A DNA stretch of 64,000 nucleotides from an uncultured Bacteroides sp. Lineage in GTDB: Bacteria; Bacteroidota; Bacteroidia; Bacteroidales; Bacteroidaceae. Numbering within the stretch: the stretch's first letter is position 1; every line of letters begins with the position of its first letter. The stretch is taken from the NCBI GenBank assembly GCA_949288715.1, contig CASELH010000032.1, forward strand, positions 9,817-73,816, written 5' to 3'. Position numbers and translations under genes: made by a program. This document shows positions 10,342-19,999 of the stretch, in pieces. The notes under the pieces are model-generated. The model searched no databases, was not told the origin of the DNA, and worked only from the letters and a program-made list of their open reading frames with translations.

Positions 10342-10722
10342 TCATTCGTACTTCCGTTTCAGTATCTCGCCCCACACGATGGCCCTACGGGCGTCTTCGG
10401 CCGAGCGGATGGCATATTCCCCCTCGCCGGCTTCCGTGTCCGCAGGCCGGGGTGGCGGCGTTGCGGCGGCCGCAGGTTTGGCCTGCCGGCGGGGCTTGGG
10501 CGGCGCCGGCCTGGCGGGCTCGTAGCGGGGGATGAAAGGCTCACTATCCGCCGTAGTGCGGTGGGGCGGCAGGGGGCTGTCGGTGTCCGCATCTTCGGGC
10601 ACAGGCGGCATGCCGGCGGGGGCGGCGGTTGTGTTTTTCTTCCTGGCCTCCTTGTTGTATTGCTTCACGATGCCCACGGCAATGACGGCGATAATCACCA
10701 AAAATTTCAGTACATCTTCCAT
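10342..10722 (-). CDS. Hypothetical membrane-anchored Pro-rich protein
   Basis: N-terminal TM helix (MEDVLKFLVIIAVIAVGIV), Pro/Ala-rich linker, C-terminal ARRAIVWGEILKRKY motif. Confidence 0.7.
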   Translation of the reverse strand: MEDVLKFLVIIAVIAVGIVKQYNKEARKKNTTAAPAGMPPVPEDADTDSPLPPHRTTADSEPFIPRYEPARPAPPKPRRQAKPAAAATPPPRPADTEAGEGEYAIRSAEDARRAIVWGEILKRKYE

Positions 10723-10803
10723 AGTTCCGTTATTTCCGCCCAAAGTTACGGATAAAATCCGTGTCCGCCATGCTTTTCCGGAAAAAGACGCACGCAGGGG
10801 CAT

Positions 10804-10885
10804 AAAAAAAGGGCAGCTTCCCAGCTACCCTTCATTGTTTTTAACCTAAACCTTAACTATGAAAAAATCTAATGTTTCTTTCACC
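10804..10885 (-). ncRNA. Putative ~80-nt small RNA
   Basis: Minus strand: imperfect -7 element (gaattttgc), U-rich body (cattagattttttcatagttaaggtttaggtt), hairpin gggtagct/agctgccc and T7. Confidence 0.5.
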
Positions 10886-11097
10886 CGCAAAATTCCGAAA
10901 ATATTTCCGTACAGGCAATTAAGGATATAAAAAAAACATGGAAGTTAACCTTTTTTAAAGTTGCGGGCGCTGCCTCATTCTTGCTTTGTCCGTTCTTTTC
11001 CCCTATGGCTAATGCTGGTGTGAGGAAAATAGTTGACTGTTTTCCCTATCCTTCCCGCTGTTTTGCTCCTTTCCGCATCGCACCCTGTACGTATTTC

Positions 11098-11180
11098 CTA
11101 CTGTCCTTCTCCTTTCCATAGCGAGGGGCGAGAAAAGGAGGTAATAAGGAGATGGTAAGGACCGGGTAAGGAGAAGGTAG
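11098..11180 (+). repeat. Dispersed repeat with three 11-bp TAAGGAnnnGG units (copy 1)
   Basis: cctttccatagcga..aaaaggag..taaggagatgg taaggaccggg taaggagaagg; inverted homologue at 43943-44035. Confidence 0.7.
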
Positions 11181-11357
11181 GTTGTTGGAGTGAATTTGAT
11201 ATGTCAATGTATTGATTCAGAAACGGTTAGAATTGATTCTTGTGGTGATTTTTGTAAAGATAAGAGAAAAACGGAGTTTTGCGGTGTAAATATTTACGAT
11301 TGCTTTGAACTGTATAATGGAGGAAGGAAATAGTTTGACGTATTGGCAGCCTGTGGC

Positions 11358-11594
11358 TTAAAATTCCCCGATAAACTCGTCCCAGTCTTCCGGGCGGCCG
11401 GGCTTGCCGAATATCTTGGCGTAGAGGCGGCGGCGCACGGAGCTGACGGCTTGCTTGCTGCGGGCGGTGAAGTGGTCGCAAGTCTGGTCTACGGTGCGGG
11501 CCAGGGCTTGCCAGTCGGCTTGGGCGGGGTGCAGCTCTTTTCCGACTGCCATGTTGTGGAAGTCGCGGCTGGCGGGCGAGTGCTTCAGTTTCAA
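11358..11594 (-). pseudogene. 3' remnant of a TPR/HTH-type Bacteroidales regulator
   Basis: SKQAVSSVRRRLYAKIFGKPGRPEDWDEF resembles the C-terminus of Bacteroides TPR-HTH proteins (recall); no long upstream reading frame. Confidence 0.45.
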
Positions 11595-11782
11595 CAGGCT
11601 TCTTGTTGGGCTTCTATCTGTTTGTTTTCCCCAGTCAGGAAATTCTTTTTTCCTAACTGGGGAATTTCTATGGCCTAACTATGGGGAAATGGGTAGGGAT
11701 GCTTTGCAAAAACATTGTCATGTAGAGGGTAATCATGTTTTCTCCACTCTATCAGTCTATTAAATATTTCCTATTGAAGCAT

Positions 11783-11860
11783 TTGCAACTTTTTTCCAGT
11801 TTATCGGCTATAAAATTACAACTTTTTTCCACCAAACAGGCTCTCTGATTGCAACTTTTT
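11783..11860. repeat. Three 33-bp-spaced copies of TT(G/A)CAACTTTTT
   Basis: Copies start at 11783, 11816 and 11849. Confidence 0.65.
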
Positions 11861-11909
11861 GCTTGCAGACAGGAAGATTTGCACCAGCCTTAGCGGATTT
11901 TTATCAGTA

Positions 11910-12809
11910 TCATCTTTGCAGGCTTTTACAGTATTCCGATGGTGTCATTCCTGTTTGCTGCCTGAACATGCGTGTGAAGTGTTGCGGATAGTCAAAGCCC
12001 ATACCGTATGCTACTTGGGTGATGGGGGTGCCTGATGCCAGTTCGTTTTTAGCTAATTGTATCACATAGCGGTAGATGTAGTTCCGGGCGTTGTCGCCGG
12101 TCGTCTTTTTGATGAGGTCTCCGAAGTAGTTTGGCGACAGGCACAGGTGGTCTGCGCAATATTGCACGGACGGCAGTCCGTCAGACAGTTGCTGCTTCTT
12201 GTTGAAATAATCGTATAGAAAAGCGTTGAAGCGTTGCAGGATGTCAATATTATCCAACTTTCGGGTAACGAACTGGCGGTCGTAAAACCGCATGCAATAA
12301 TTCAGTAACAGGCTGATGTATTCCGTCAGGATGCGGTTCTGAAAGATGTCATGTTTGCCATTCAGCTCATGCTTTATCTGGCGCAGAAGTGAGACAAAAA
12401 TATCGTGTTCTTCGTCCATGAGGTGCAATGCTTCATTGATACGGTAATCGAAGAAGGTATATTCGTGAATGGATTTAGCCAAGGGCGTGCCGTGCAGCAA
12501 ATCCGGATGAAACAATAGTGACCATCCGTCAAGTTGTATCAGTTCTCCCTTGTCCTCCGTGCCGCCTATCTGCCCCGGAGCTACACAAATCAGGGTGCCG
12601 CTCCGGTAGTCATACCGCCCACAGCCATACGTCAGGTCTGCCGAAAGCCGGTTATGCAGGAACAGTCCGTAAACCTCATAGTTGTTCACACTGGGGCGGA
12701 TGGGAGAAATTTCAGCGTAGTTGATGACACTGACCAAAGGATGCCTGTTTTCCAATCCATAATATTGTTCGTAATCGCTCACATTCCTTACTTTCAATAT
12801 ATTGCTCAT
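11910..12809 (-). CDS. AraC family transcriptional regulator
   Basis: C-terminal HTH_18: LCLSPNYFGDLIKKTTG...VAYGMGFDYPQHFTRMFRQQTGMTPSEY. Confidence 0.93.
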   Translation of the reverse strand: MSNILKVRNVSDYEQYYGLENRHPLVSVINYAEISPIRPSVNNYEVYGLFLHNRLSADLTYGCGRYDYRSGTLICVAPGQIGGTEDKGELIQLDGWSLLFHPDLLHGTPLAKSIHEYTFFDYRINEALHLMDEEHDIFVSLLRQIKHELNGKHDIFQNRILTEYISLLLNYCMRFYDRQFVTRKLDNIDILQRFNAFLYDYFNKKQQLSDGLPSVQYCADHLCLSPNYFGDLIKKTTGDNARNYIYRYVIQLAKNELASGTPITQVAYGMGFDYPQHFTRMFRQQTGMTPSEYCKSLQR

Positions 12810-12980
12810 ATCCCATTATATCTTTGATAGACAAGTGCAAAGGTATGATTTTTCCACATTAAAGCACAAACTCATCTTCCATAAATCTGCAAAATCAGTA
12901 AAAGCGGTAAGTATGCCTTGCCTGCCGGTAAGTCGTTTACGAATGAACAGCTTACTTTTGCATCATCAAATAAAAGCATT

Positions 12981-13214
12981 ATGAACAAACAAGTGATTCT
13001 AGACAGGATTTATCAAGACGAGGTGGTTTGCCTCATAGCCGACCGTTATCATACTGACCCGATGAGCATAGTTCACTCTTTTTTAGCTCAGTCGGATTGT
13101 CAGATGGTAATTGCCGCCGGGATGCAGGAGATTCATCTGGAAGAAAATGAAATGGAACTTTTGAAAGATTTGCTGGAATATATCAATAAACAAATTGATA
13201 CGACAAAACAATAA
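12981..13214 (+). CDS. Small hypothetical protein
   Basis: 77 codons, AT-rich leader, divergent from AraC, first gene of the accessory operon. Confidence 0.5.
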   Translation: MNKQVILDRIYQDEVVCLIADRYHTDPMSIVHSFLAQSDCQMVIAAGMQEIHLEENEMELLKDLLEYINKQIDTTKQ

Positions 13215-13228
13215 AAACAGATAGCGAT

Positions 13229-14725
13229 ATGATTAAAAAGTATTTCTTACCATTGTTCCTGATTTTGGGAATGTCAATGACGACAAACGCCTGTTCTACC
13301 GACAACGAAACAGGCAGACCTGAAACTCCGACACCTACGCCGGAACCGACTCCCGACCCTGACGAGCCGCCTGTGCAGCCAAGCGGAAACGGGCGTTGCT
13401 TGGTGGTTTACTTCTCCTGCACGAACACCACCAAAGGCATTGCCGAGCGGATTGCCGCCATTATGGACGGCACGACATTCCGGATAGAACCGGAAGTGCC
13501 TTACACGTCCGCCGACTTGGACTACAACAATTCTTCCTCACGTGCCAACCGGGAGCAGAACGACCTTTCCGCACGTCCCGCTATTGCGAACACGTTGGAA
13601 GGACTGGAGAATTATGATGTCGTGTTCCTCGGCTATCCCATCTGGTGGGGAGATGCCCCGAAGATAATTTCAACATTCCTTGAAAGCTACGATTTGTCGG
13701 GAAAAACGGTTGTACCGTTCTGCACCTCCCATTCCAGCGGAATCGGGTCGAGCGACACGGATTTGCATCCGCTTGCGTCCGAGGCCGTGTGGAAAGACGG
13801 ACGGCGGTTCGGTGGAAGTGAATCGGAAGAAACCATCAAGGAATGGATAGACGGTTTGGGCTTGACTTTCAATATCGGGGACAGCGATGTAAGTTCGTTT
13901 AACCTCGATGCCGGAGTGAACGGCAACGCTCCGACCGTAAGGCTCAGCAGCGGATATGATATGCCGATACTCGGACTGGGTACGTACAGCCTGCACGGGG
14001 ATGTCTGCAAGAACAGCGTAAAGGCGGCGTTGGCAAGCGGCTTCCGCAAGTTCGACACGGCATCCATCTATGGTAATGAGGAAGAAATCGGGGAAGCCAT
14101 CCGTGAATCGGACGTGCCGCGCGAGGAACTCTTCGTGGCCACCAAACTCTATCCCAACCAGTATGCCAATCCCGAAGCTGCCATTGAGGAATGCCTGCGC
14201 AAACTGAATATCGGTTACATTGACTTGATGTTGCTTCACCATCCCGGTACAAATGATGTGAAAGCATACAAGGCGATGGAGAAATACGTGGCAGAGGGGA
14301 AGATTCGCTCCTTAGGCGTGTCGTGCTATTACGTGGAAGAAATCAATGAATTCCTGCCGCAAATAGACATCAAACCTGTATTGGTGCAGAATGAGGTGCA
14401 TCCTTATTATCAGGATACCGAAGTGGTGGAACACTTGCACAATCTCGGCATTGTCGTGGAAGCATGGTATCCGCTTGGCGGACGCGGACATTAGGGCGAA
14501 CTGCTGAGCGACCCGGTATTGTCGGCCATCGCGGCCAAGCACGGCAAGTCGGTGGTACAGGTCATCCTCCGCTGGCATTTGCAGCGCGGCGTGGTGGCTA
14601 TTCCCGGTTCGAGCAATCCCGACCACATCAAGGAAAACATCTCCGTCTTTGATTTCAGTCTGAGCGATGAGGAAATGGCACGGATTGCCGCCCTTAACCG
14701 GAATGAGAAACACGATTGGTACTGA
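13229..14725 (+). pseudogene. Lipoprotein flavodoxin / aldo-keto reductase fusion with in-frame TAG at 14492-14494
   Basis: Lipobox (TTNAC), TP/EP linker, flavodoxin (VVYFSCTNTT, LGYPIWWG, PFCTSHSSG), AKR (GLGTY, FDTASIYGNE, YIDLMLLHHP). AKR C-terminus (QVILRWHLQRGVVAIPGSSNPDHIKEN) continues in frame after the TAG. Confidence 0.85.
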
Positions 14726-14785
14726 TAGCATCAATCTATATGGAATGAAAAAGTTGCAATGAACAATAACCAAAATAGCAGAACA

Positions 14786-15864
14786 ATGAAACCAATTATC
14801 CGAAATTTATTTGCAGCCATGCTGGTACTTGCCGCCAATACCGGCAGCATAATGGCACAAGAAAACCCAACAAAAAACAATACAGTCATGAAAGAGAATT
14901 TGAACCTGACTCAGGAATGGGACAAGACCTTCCCGAAGAGCGACAAAGTGAACCACAGTAAAGTAACGTTTACCAACCGGTATGGCATCACGCTGGCTGC
15001 CGACCTCTACATTCCGAAGGATGCCACGGGCAAGTTGCCAGCCATAGCCGTGTGCGGCCCGTTCGGAGCCGTGAAGGAACAGGCCGGAGGGCTTTATGCC
15101 CAGACTATGGCCGAGCGGGGTTTCCTGACCTTGGCGTTCGACCCTTCTTACACGGGAGAAAGCGGCGGAATGCCCCGTTACACGGTATCGCCGGACATCA
15201 ACACGGAGGATTTTTCCGCAGCAGTGGATTTCCTTGCCACCGATGAACGGGTTGACCCTGAGCGAATAGGCATCATCGGTATCTGTGGATGGGGCGGACT
15301 GGCCATTACCGCCGCTGCCGCCGACCCCCGCATCAAAGCCACGGTCGCCTCTACGATGTACGATATGAGCCGTGTCAATGCCAACGGATACTTTGATGCT
15401 GCCGACAGTGCCGAGGCGCGCAACAAACTGCGCAAGACATTGGCCGCACAGCGCACGGAGGATTTCCGCAACGGAACGCCGAAACCTGCGGGCGGCGTGC
15501 CGGATGTGTTTTGCCAGCCGACGCCCCGCAGTTCCTCAAAGATTACTATGATTATTACAAGACGCCGCGCGGCTACCACAAACGCTCGCTCAATTCCAAC
15601 CAAGGACGGAATGCCACGGAAGCCATTCCTTTTATTAACTTCCCGTTGATGTATCGCGCGAATGAAATAGAAAACGCCGTGCTCATTATCCACGGAGAGA
15701 AAGCGCACTCCCGCTATTTCAGCGAGGATGCCTACAAGCTGTTGAAAGGCGACAACAAGGAACTGATGATTATCCCCGGTGCAAGCCATACCGACTTGTA
15801 CGACCAACTGGATGTTATCCCGTTCGACAAGATGGAGGCTTTCTTCAGAAAGAATCTGAACTAA
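14786..15864 (+). pseudogene. Alpha/beta hydrolase with frameshift near 15509
   Basis: GICGWGG nucleophile motif in the first frame; IIHGEKAHSRYFSE and IIPGASHTDLYD in the second frame; switch at gtgttttgcca. Confidence 0.85.
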
Positions 15865-15871
15865 CCTCCCT

Positions 15872-15914
15872 AAAGCACTTCTGTTTTTGAAATACAAAAT
15901 GGAAGTGCTTTTTC
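15872..15914 (+). terminator. Intrinsic terminator
   Basis: aaagcacttc...gaagtgcttttt. Confidence 0.7.
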
Positions 15915-16022
15915 ATCGAAAAACGCCAAAGTTTTCCCTATTCTCAGCAGGTCATACCCCATGGCAGACAGGTTTAGCACAATGGTCTTGGCATCCAGAT
16001 TCCCTCACTTGGCGTGCGCCTT

Positions 16023-17393
16023 TTATGAGTAGAGCTTTCCCTTCAGCGTAGCGGACGTGGCCTCGGTGATGCGCACCGTTACCAGGTCGCCCACGCGGTG
16101 GGTGCCTCGGTCGAACACCACCACGCGGTTTTGCTCCGTGCGGCCAAAGAGTTGGTCGCGGCTGCGCTTGCTGGTGCCTTCGGCCAGTACTTCGTACACG
16201 CGGCCCACGCAGCGGGCGTTGCTCTCGGCGGAGAGGCGGTTCTGCAGGGCGATGATTTCTTCCAGGCGGCGAACTTTTACCTCTTCGGGTACATCGTCGG
16301 GCAGGTGCTTGGAGGCGAAGGTGCCGGGGCGCTCGCTGTACTTGAACATGAAGGCCGAGTCGTAGGCACACTCCTCCATGAGGCTGAGGGATTGTTGGTG
16401 GTCTTCTTCTGTCTCGCTGTGGAAGCCGCTGAAGATGTCGGTGCTCAGGCCGCAGTCGGGGATGATGCGGCGGATGGCCGCCACGCGCTCCAGGTACCAC
16501 TCGCGGTCGTACTTGCGGTTCATCAACTTGAGGATGCGGCTGCTGCCGCTCTGCACGGGCAGGTGGATGTGGCGGCACACGTTGGGCTCCTCGGCTATGA
16601 CGTGCAGGGTGTCGTCGCTCATGTCTTTGGGGTGGGAGGTGGTGAAGCGTATGCGCATGTCGGGCGCGACCTGTGCCACGGTGCGCAGCAGTTGGGGGAA
16701 GGTGACCTCCGTGCCGTCCGGGCGGGTGAAGCGGTAGGAGTTGACGTTCTGCCCCAGCAGGGTGACTTCCTTGTAGCCCTTCTGGCGCAGGTCGGTCACT
16801 TCGCGGAGGATGCTTTCTACGTCGCGGCTGCGCTCGCGGCCCCGGGTGTAGGGCACGATGCAGTAGGTGCAGAAGTTGTTGCACCCGCGCATGATGGACA
16901 CGTAGCCCGAGATGTGGTTGCCGCAGATGCGGGCGGGCACTACGTCGCGGTAGGTCTCGGTGGTGGACAGCTCCACGTTGATGGCCTTTTGTCCTGCTTC
17001 TACCTGTGCGATGAGGTCGGGCAGGGAGAGGTAGGCGTCGGGTCCCGCCACGAGGTCCACGCCGTGGTGCTCTATGAGCTCTTCTTTCACCCTCTCGGCC
17101 ATGCAGCCCACCACGCCCACGATGAGGCCGGGGCGCTTGCGCTTCAGCGCGTGGAAGTAGTCCAGGCGGTTCCATATTTTCTGCTCGGCGTTGTCGCGTA
17201 TGGAGCAGGTGTTCATAAACACGGCATCGGCCTCGTCCAGCGTGCTGGCGGGGGTGTAGCCGGCCATCTGCATGACGGAGGCTATTACTTCACTGTCGGC
17301 CACGTTCATCTGGCAGCCGTAGGTTTCGATGAACAGCTTCTTGCTGTCATCTTCAGTTGCAGATTTAAAGTCTGCTTCTGTTTCTTTCTTCAT
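16023..17393 (-). CDS. miaB: tRNA-2-methylthio-N6-dimethylallyladenosine synthase
   Basis: IETYGCQMN, NTCSIR, radical SAM GCNNFCTYC, C-terminal TRAM domain. Confidence 0.96.
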   Translation of the reverse strand: MKKETEADFKSATEDDSKKLFIETYGCQMNVADSEVIASVMQMAGYTPASTLDEADAVFMNTCSIRDNAEQKIWNRLDYFHALKRKRPGLIVGVVGCMAERVKEELIEHHGVDLVAGPDAYLSLPDLIAQVEAGQKAINVELSTTETYRDVVPARICGNHISGYVSIMRGCNNFCTYCIVPYTRGRERSRDVESILREVTDLRQKGYKEVTLLGQNVNSYRFTRPDGTEVTFPQLLRTVAQVAPDMRIRFTTSHPKDMSDDTLHVIAEEPNVCRHIHLPVQSGSSRILKLMNRKYDREWYLERVAAIRRIIPDCGLSTDIFSGFHSETEEDHQQSLSLMEECAYDSAFMFKYSERPGTFASKHLPDDVPEEVKVRRLEEIIALQNRLSAESNARCVGRVYEVLAEGTSKRSRDQLFGRTEQNRVVVFDRGTHRVGDLVTVRITEATSATLKGKLYS

Positions 17394-17480
17394 AAATAGT
17401 TGATTTAATATGTCCGGCTGCAAAGATAGGCCTTCTGTTTCAATTACCGGTCATTTGCAGGGCAATAAAGGGGCGGAGGG

Positions 17481-17539
17481 AAAAGAAAAACGCCTCCCGC
17501 TGCCGTCGTTGCCTTGCGGCAGCGGGGTGGCGGGAGGCG
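17481..17539 (-). terminator. Terminator of the sugar-utilisation operon
   Basis: cgcctcccgc...gcgggaggcg stem with a T-rich tail on the minus strand. Confidence 0.65.
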
Positions 17540-17574
17540 GAAGAAGGGGTTGTGGGAATGCTGCGTCCGGGCGT

Positions 17575-18966
17575 TTACTTCACGCGGGGCATGTACATTT
17601 CCTCGGCGGTGATGCCGCAGGCCTGCTTCATCTGCAAGGCATACTCCAGCTTGCCCACCTCGGGGCTGACGTTGTTGGAGCCGAAGGTGAACTTCACGCC
17701 CGCTTCCTTGGCCTTCTGGATGATGCGCCGGCTGGGGATGCGGTACAGCTCGTTTATCTCGAGCGCCTTGCCGCTGGCCACCAGGGCGCGGATGACTTTG
17801 TCCACGCGGGCGTCGGTCCAGAACTGCTCGTAGCGGTCGTTCATGCACTCGGGCAGGAAGAAGGGGTTGACAAATATGTCGGCAGGCTCTTTCAGCACGT
17901 CGCACGTTTTTTCCACAATCAAGTCCATGTAGGCTTCCTGGTCGTTGTTGTCTATCACTACTTCGGGGGCAATCCACAGGCGTACGCGGCGTCCCTTGCG
18001 GTCGGTGAAGGTCAGTGCATCGGTAAACACGTAGTCAAATTGTTCCCTGGCTTCTTTTGAGAAGGTGGTGCTCCACTCCCTGCCTTCGCCTTGCATGGCG
18101 AGCACGAAGGGTTGCGTGCGCATGGAGTCGAGGAAATTGTACACCCCTTCATCGCTGGTGATGGGGAAACCGATGCCGCAGTTGGGTGCTATGGCATAGT
18201 TGATGCCCAGCCTGCGCGACTGGCGGGCGGCGGCTTCCTTGGTGAATCCGCCTTTCAGGTGCACATGGTAGTCGAGCACGGGGAAGTCTTGCTGGTGCAG
18301 CCGGATGATTTCATCAGCCTGTTCGTCCTGTGCATTGGCTTGCTGTCTGGCCAGTTCATCTTTACTGCAGTCCAGTTGATGCAGGTTGATGCTGCGGAAT
18401 TCCACGCAGCCTTCGTCAGCCGTCAGTGCGATGGTGCCTTGCGAAAGCAGTTCCTGCTCATGGGCAGGCAGGCGGAAGGGTGCAGCCGGCTCGATGTATT
18501 CCACCAAAGTGTCGTTGTTTACTTTTACCATGATGGATTTGCCAGCCACGCGGATGGTCATGTCAAACCATTCACCGTCTTTTGCCGGGCTTTTCACCAC
18601 ATTGCGCACGGCAAGCAGGCTGCCTGTTTTCCGCCACCATGCAGCCGACTGGCGGTTGTTGTCCAATGCCACGCTGTAGCCCTTGCCCGATGCGTCGGTA
18701 TGGAATGCCACGCTGCCTTGCCCGCCCTCTACGGTACGGGCTTCCAGTGTCAGCTCAAAGTCTGTATAGTCACCGTTTTTCAGCAGCAGGCGGGTGTCGG
18801 GGCCGTAAAGCTGCAGTATGTTGCCTGTCACTTGCGCCTTGCCCGTGACGTCCCAACCGGACAGGTCTTTACCGTTGAACAGCACTTCCGTCTGCGGCTG
18901 TCCGCACGAGGCCAGGCCGGCCAGTGAGAGGCTGGTAGCCAATGCTATGATGAGATGCTTGTTCAT
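17575..18966 (-). CDS. Lipoprotein: DUF1080 (3-keto-glycoside hydrolase-like) domain plus PHP-like domain
   Basis: Lipobox LASC, LFNGKDLSGW, DFELTLE, DGEWF; second domain with DYHVHLKGG and ALEIN. Confidence 0.8.
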   Translation of the reverse strand: MNKHLIIALATSLSLAGLASCGQPQTEVLFNGKDLSGWDVTGKAQVTGNILQLYGPDTRLLLKNGDYTDFELTLEARTVEGGQGSVAFHTDASGKGYSVALDNNRQSAAWWRKTGSLLAVRNVVKSPAKDGEWFDMTIRVAGKSIMVKVNNDTLVEYIEPAAPFRLPAHEQELLSQGTIALTADEGCVEFRSINLHQLDCSKDELARQQANAQDEQADEIIRLHQQDFPVLDYHVHLKGGFTKEAAARQSRRLGINYAIAPNCGIGFPITSDEGVYNFLDSMRTQPFVLAMQGEGREWSTTFSKEAREQFDYVFTDALTFTDRKGRRVRLWIAPEVVIDNNDQEAYMDLIVEKTCDVLKEPADIFVNPFFLPECMNDRYEQFWTDARVDKVIRALVASGKALEINELYRIPSRRIIQKAKEAGVKFTFGSNNVSPEVGKLEYALQMKQACGITAEEMYMPRVK

Positions 18967-18978
18967 ACTGTGTATGGC

Positions 18979-19896
18979 TTATTTCACGAAGTCGGCTTTT
19001 TTCAGGTATTCGGCGCTCTTGCGGGCAGCATCAAACATCATGTCCATGGCTGCGTCGCTGTTTGTCTTGGCCTTTTCGCGTACTTCGGGAATCATTTCTA
19101 TTTCAACAACATAGTCTTCCATGCCGTTCTTGTAGAACTGGTTGAAGATGGCCTTGAAGTCAATATCGCCGCTTTCGCCAATGACAAACTCGTCTTTGAT
19201 GTGCAGCATTTCAATGCGGTTGGGATATTTCTTCAGGTAAGCCACGGGGTCTTTGCCGCCTTTTGTACACCAGTACACGTCCAGTTCAAAGAATACGTAT
19301 TGCGGGTCGGTGTGCTCAACCAGATATTCCCACATCACGTCGTTGGTACCTTCCAGCGTCTTGTATTCGCCGGAGTGGTTGTGGTAGCCCAGTTTCAGGC
19401 CATATTCTGCAGCCACCTTGCCCACGCGGTTGAAGTAGTCGCACATGCGTTGTACGTCGGCCACCGTGTAGTCTACCTTGTAGCTGGGGATGACGAAGTA
19501 TTTGCCACCGCAAGCCTTCTGTATTTCAAACAGCTTGCGCCAGCGTTTCATGATTTCTTCCTCCTTGCCCGGTTCTTCCTGGATGCTGGAGTGTGTGGAG
19601 ATGATTTCTATTCCGTTCTTGTCGCACAGGGCTTTGAAGTCGGGTGCGGCCATGCCGAACACTTTCGGGTCTCCGCCCCACTGTACCAGTTCGCAAGCGC
19701 GGTAGCCCATGTCGGACAGCCGCTCTATGGAGGCCACGGGGTCTTTCTGCATGGCTCCCATCACGGAGTAGAGTTGTATACCGATTTTCTTGTCTGCTTG
19801 TGCCAGTGCATTTTGAGGCATCATAAAGGCAATGGCGATAACTGCGCACGCGCTGAGTGCCTTCAGGCTGCGGCGCAAATTCAATAAGTTTTTCAT
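18979..19896 (-). CDS. Sugar phosphate isomerase/epimerase (AP_endonuc_2 TIM barrel), BT2156-like
   Basis: GIQLYSV, LGYHNHSGE, FELDVYW, LHIKD, VVEIE; signal peptide. Confidence 0.88.
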   Translation of the reverse strand: MKNLLNLRRSLKALSACAVIAIAFMMPQNALAQADKKIGIQLYSVMGAMQKDPVASIERLSDMGYRACELVQWGGDPKVFGMAAPDFKALCDKNGIEIISTHSSIQEEPGKEEEIMKRWRKLFEIQKACGGKYFVIPSYKVDYTVADVQRMCDYFNRVGKVAAEYGLKLGYHNHSGEYKTLEGTNDVMWEYLVEHTDPQYVFFELDVYWCTKGGKDPVAYLKKYPNRIEMLHIKDEFVIGESGDIDFKAIFNQFYKNGMEDYVVEIEMIPEVREKAKTNSDAAMDMMFDAARKSAEYLKKADFVK

Positions 19897-19937
19897 AATG
19901 GTTGTGATTTTGATTGTTGATGGTAAATGTAAAGGCA

Positions 19938-19984
19938 GGTGTGCCGGAAGGAATTTATTCCTGCGTTCCGGCACACCCTTTTTT
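19938..19984. other. Intercistronic stem-loop
   Basis: 12-bp perfect stem ggtgtgccggaa/ttccggcacacc; T-tract only on the plus (antisense) strand. Confidence 0.6.
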
Positions 19985-19999
19985 AGAAGGGAGGAGTGA

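Noticed and set aside
10858-10929. 23-aa ORF MKKSNVSFTRKIPKIFPYRQLRI on the plus strand
   Set aside because: No supporting promoter or recognisable features; promoter and terminator signals favour a minus-strand RNA.
14492-14494. Programmed pyrrolysine/amber recoding
   Set aside because: No pyl genes or other in-frame TAGs in the window; a neighbouring lesion makes ordinary pseudogenisation more likely.
11600-16020. attL/attR repeats bounding the AraC island
   Set aside because: Only short ttttccc matches were seen by eye; not significant.
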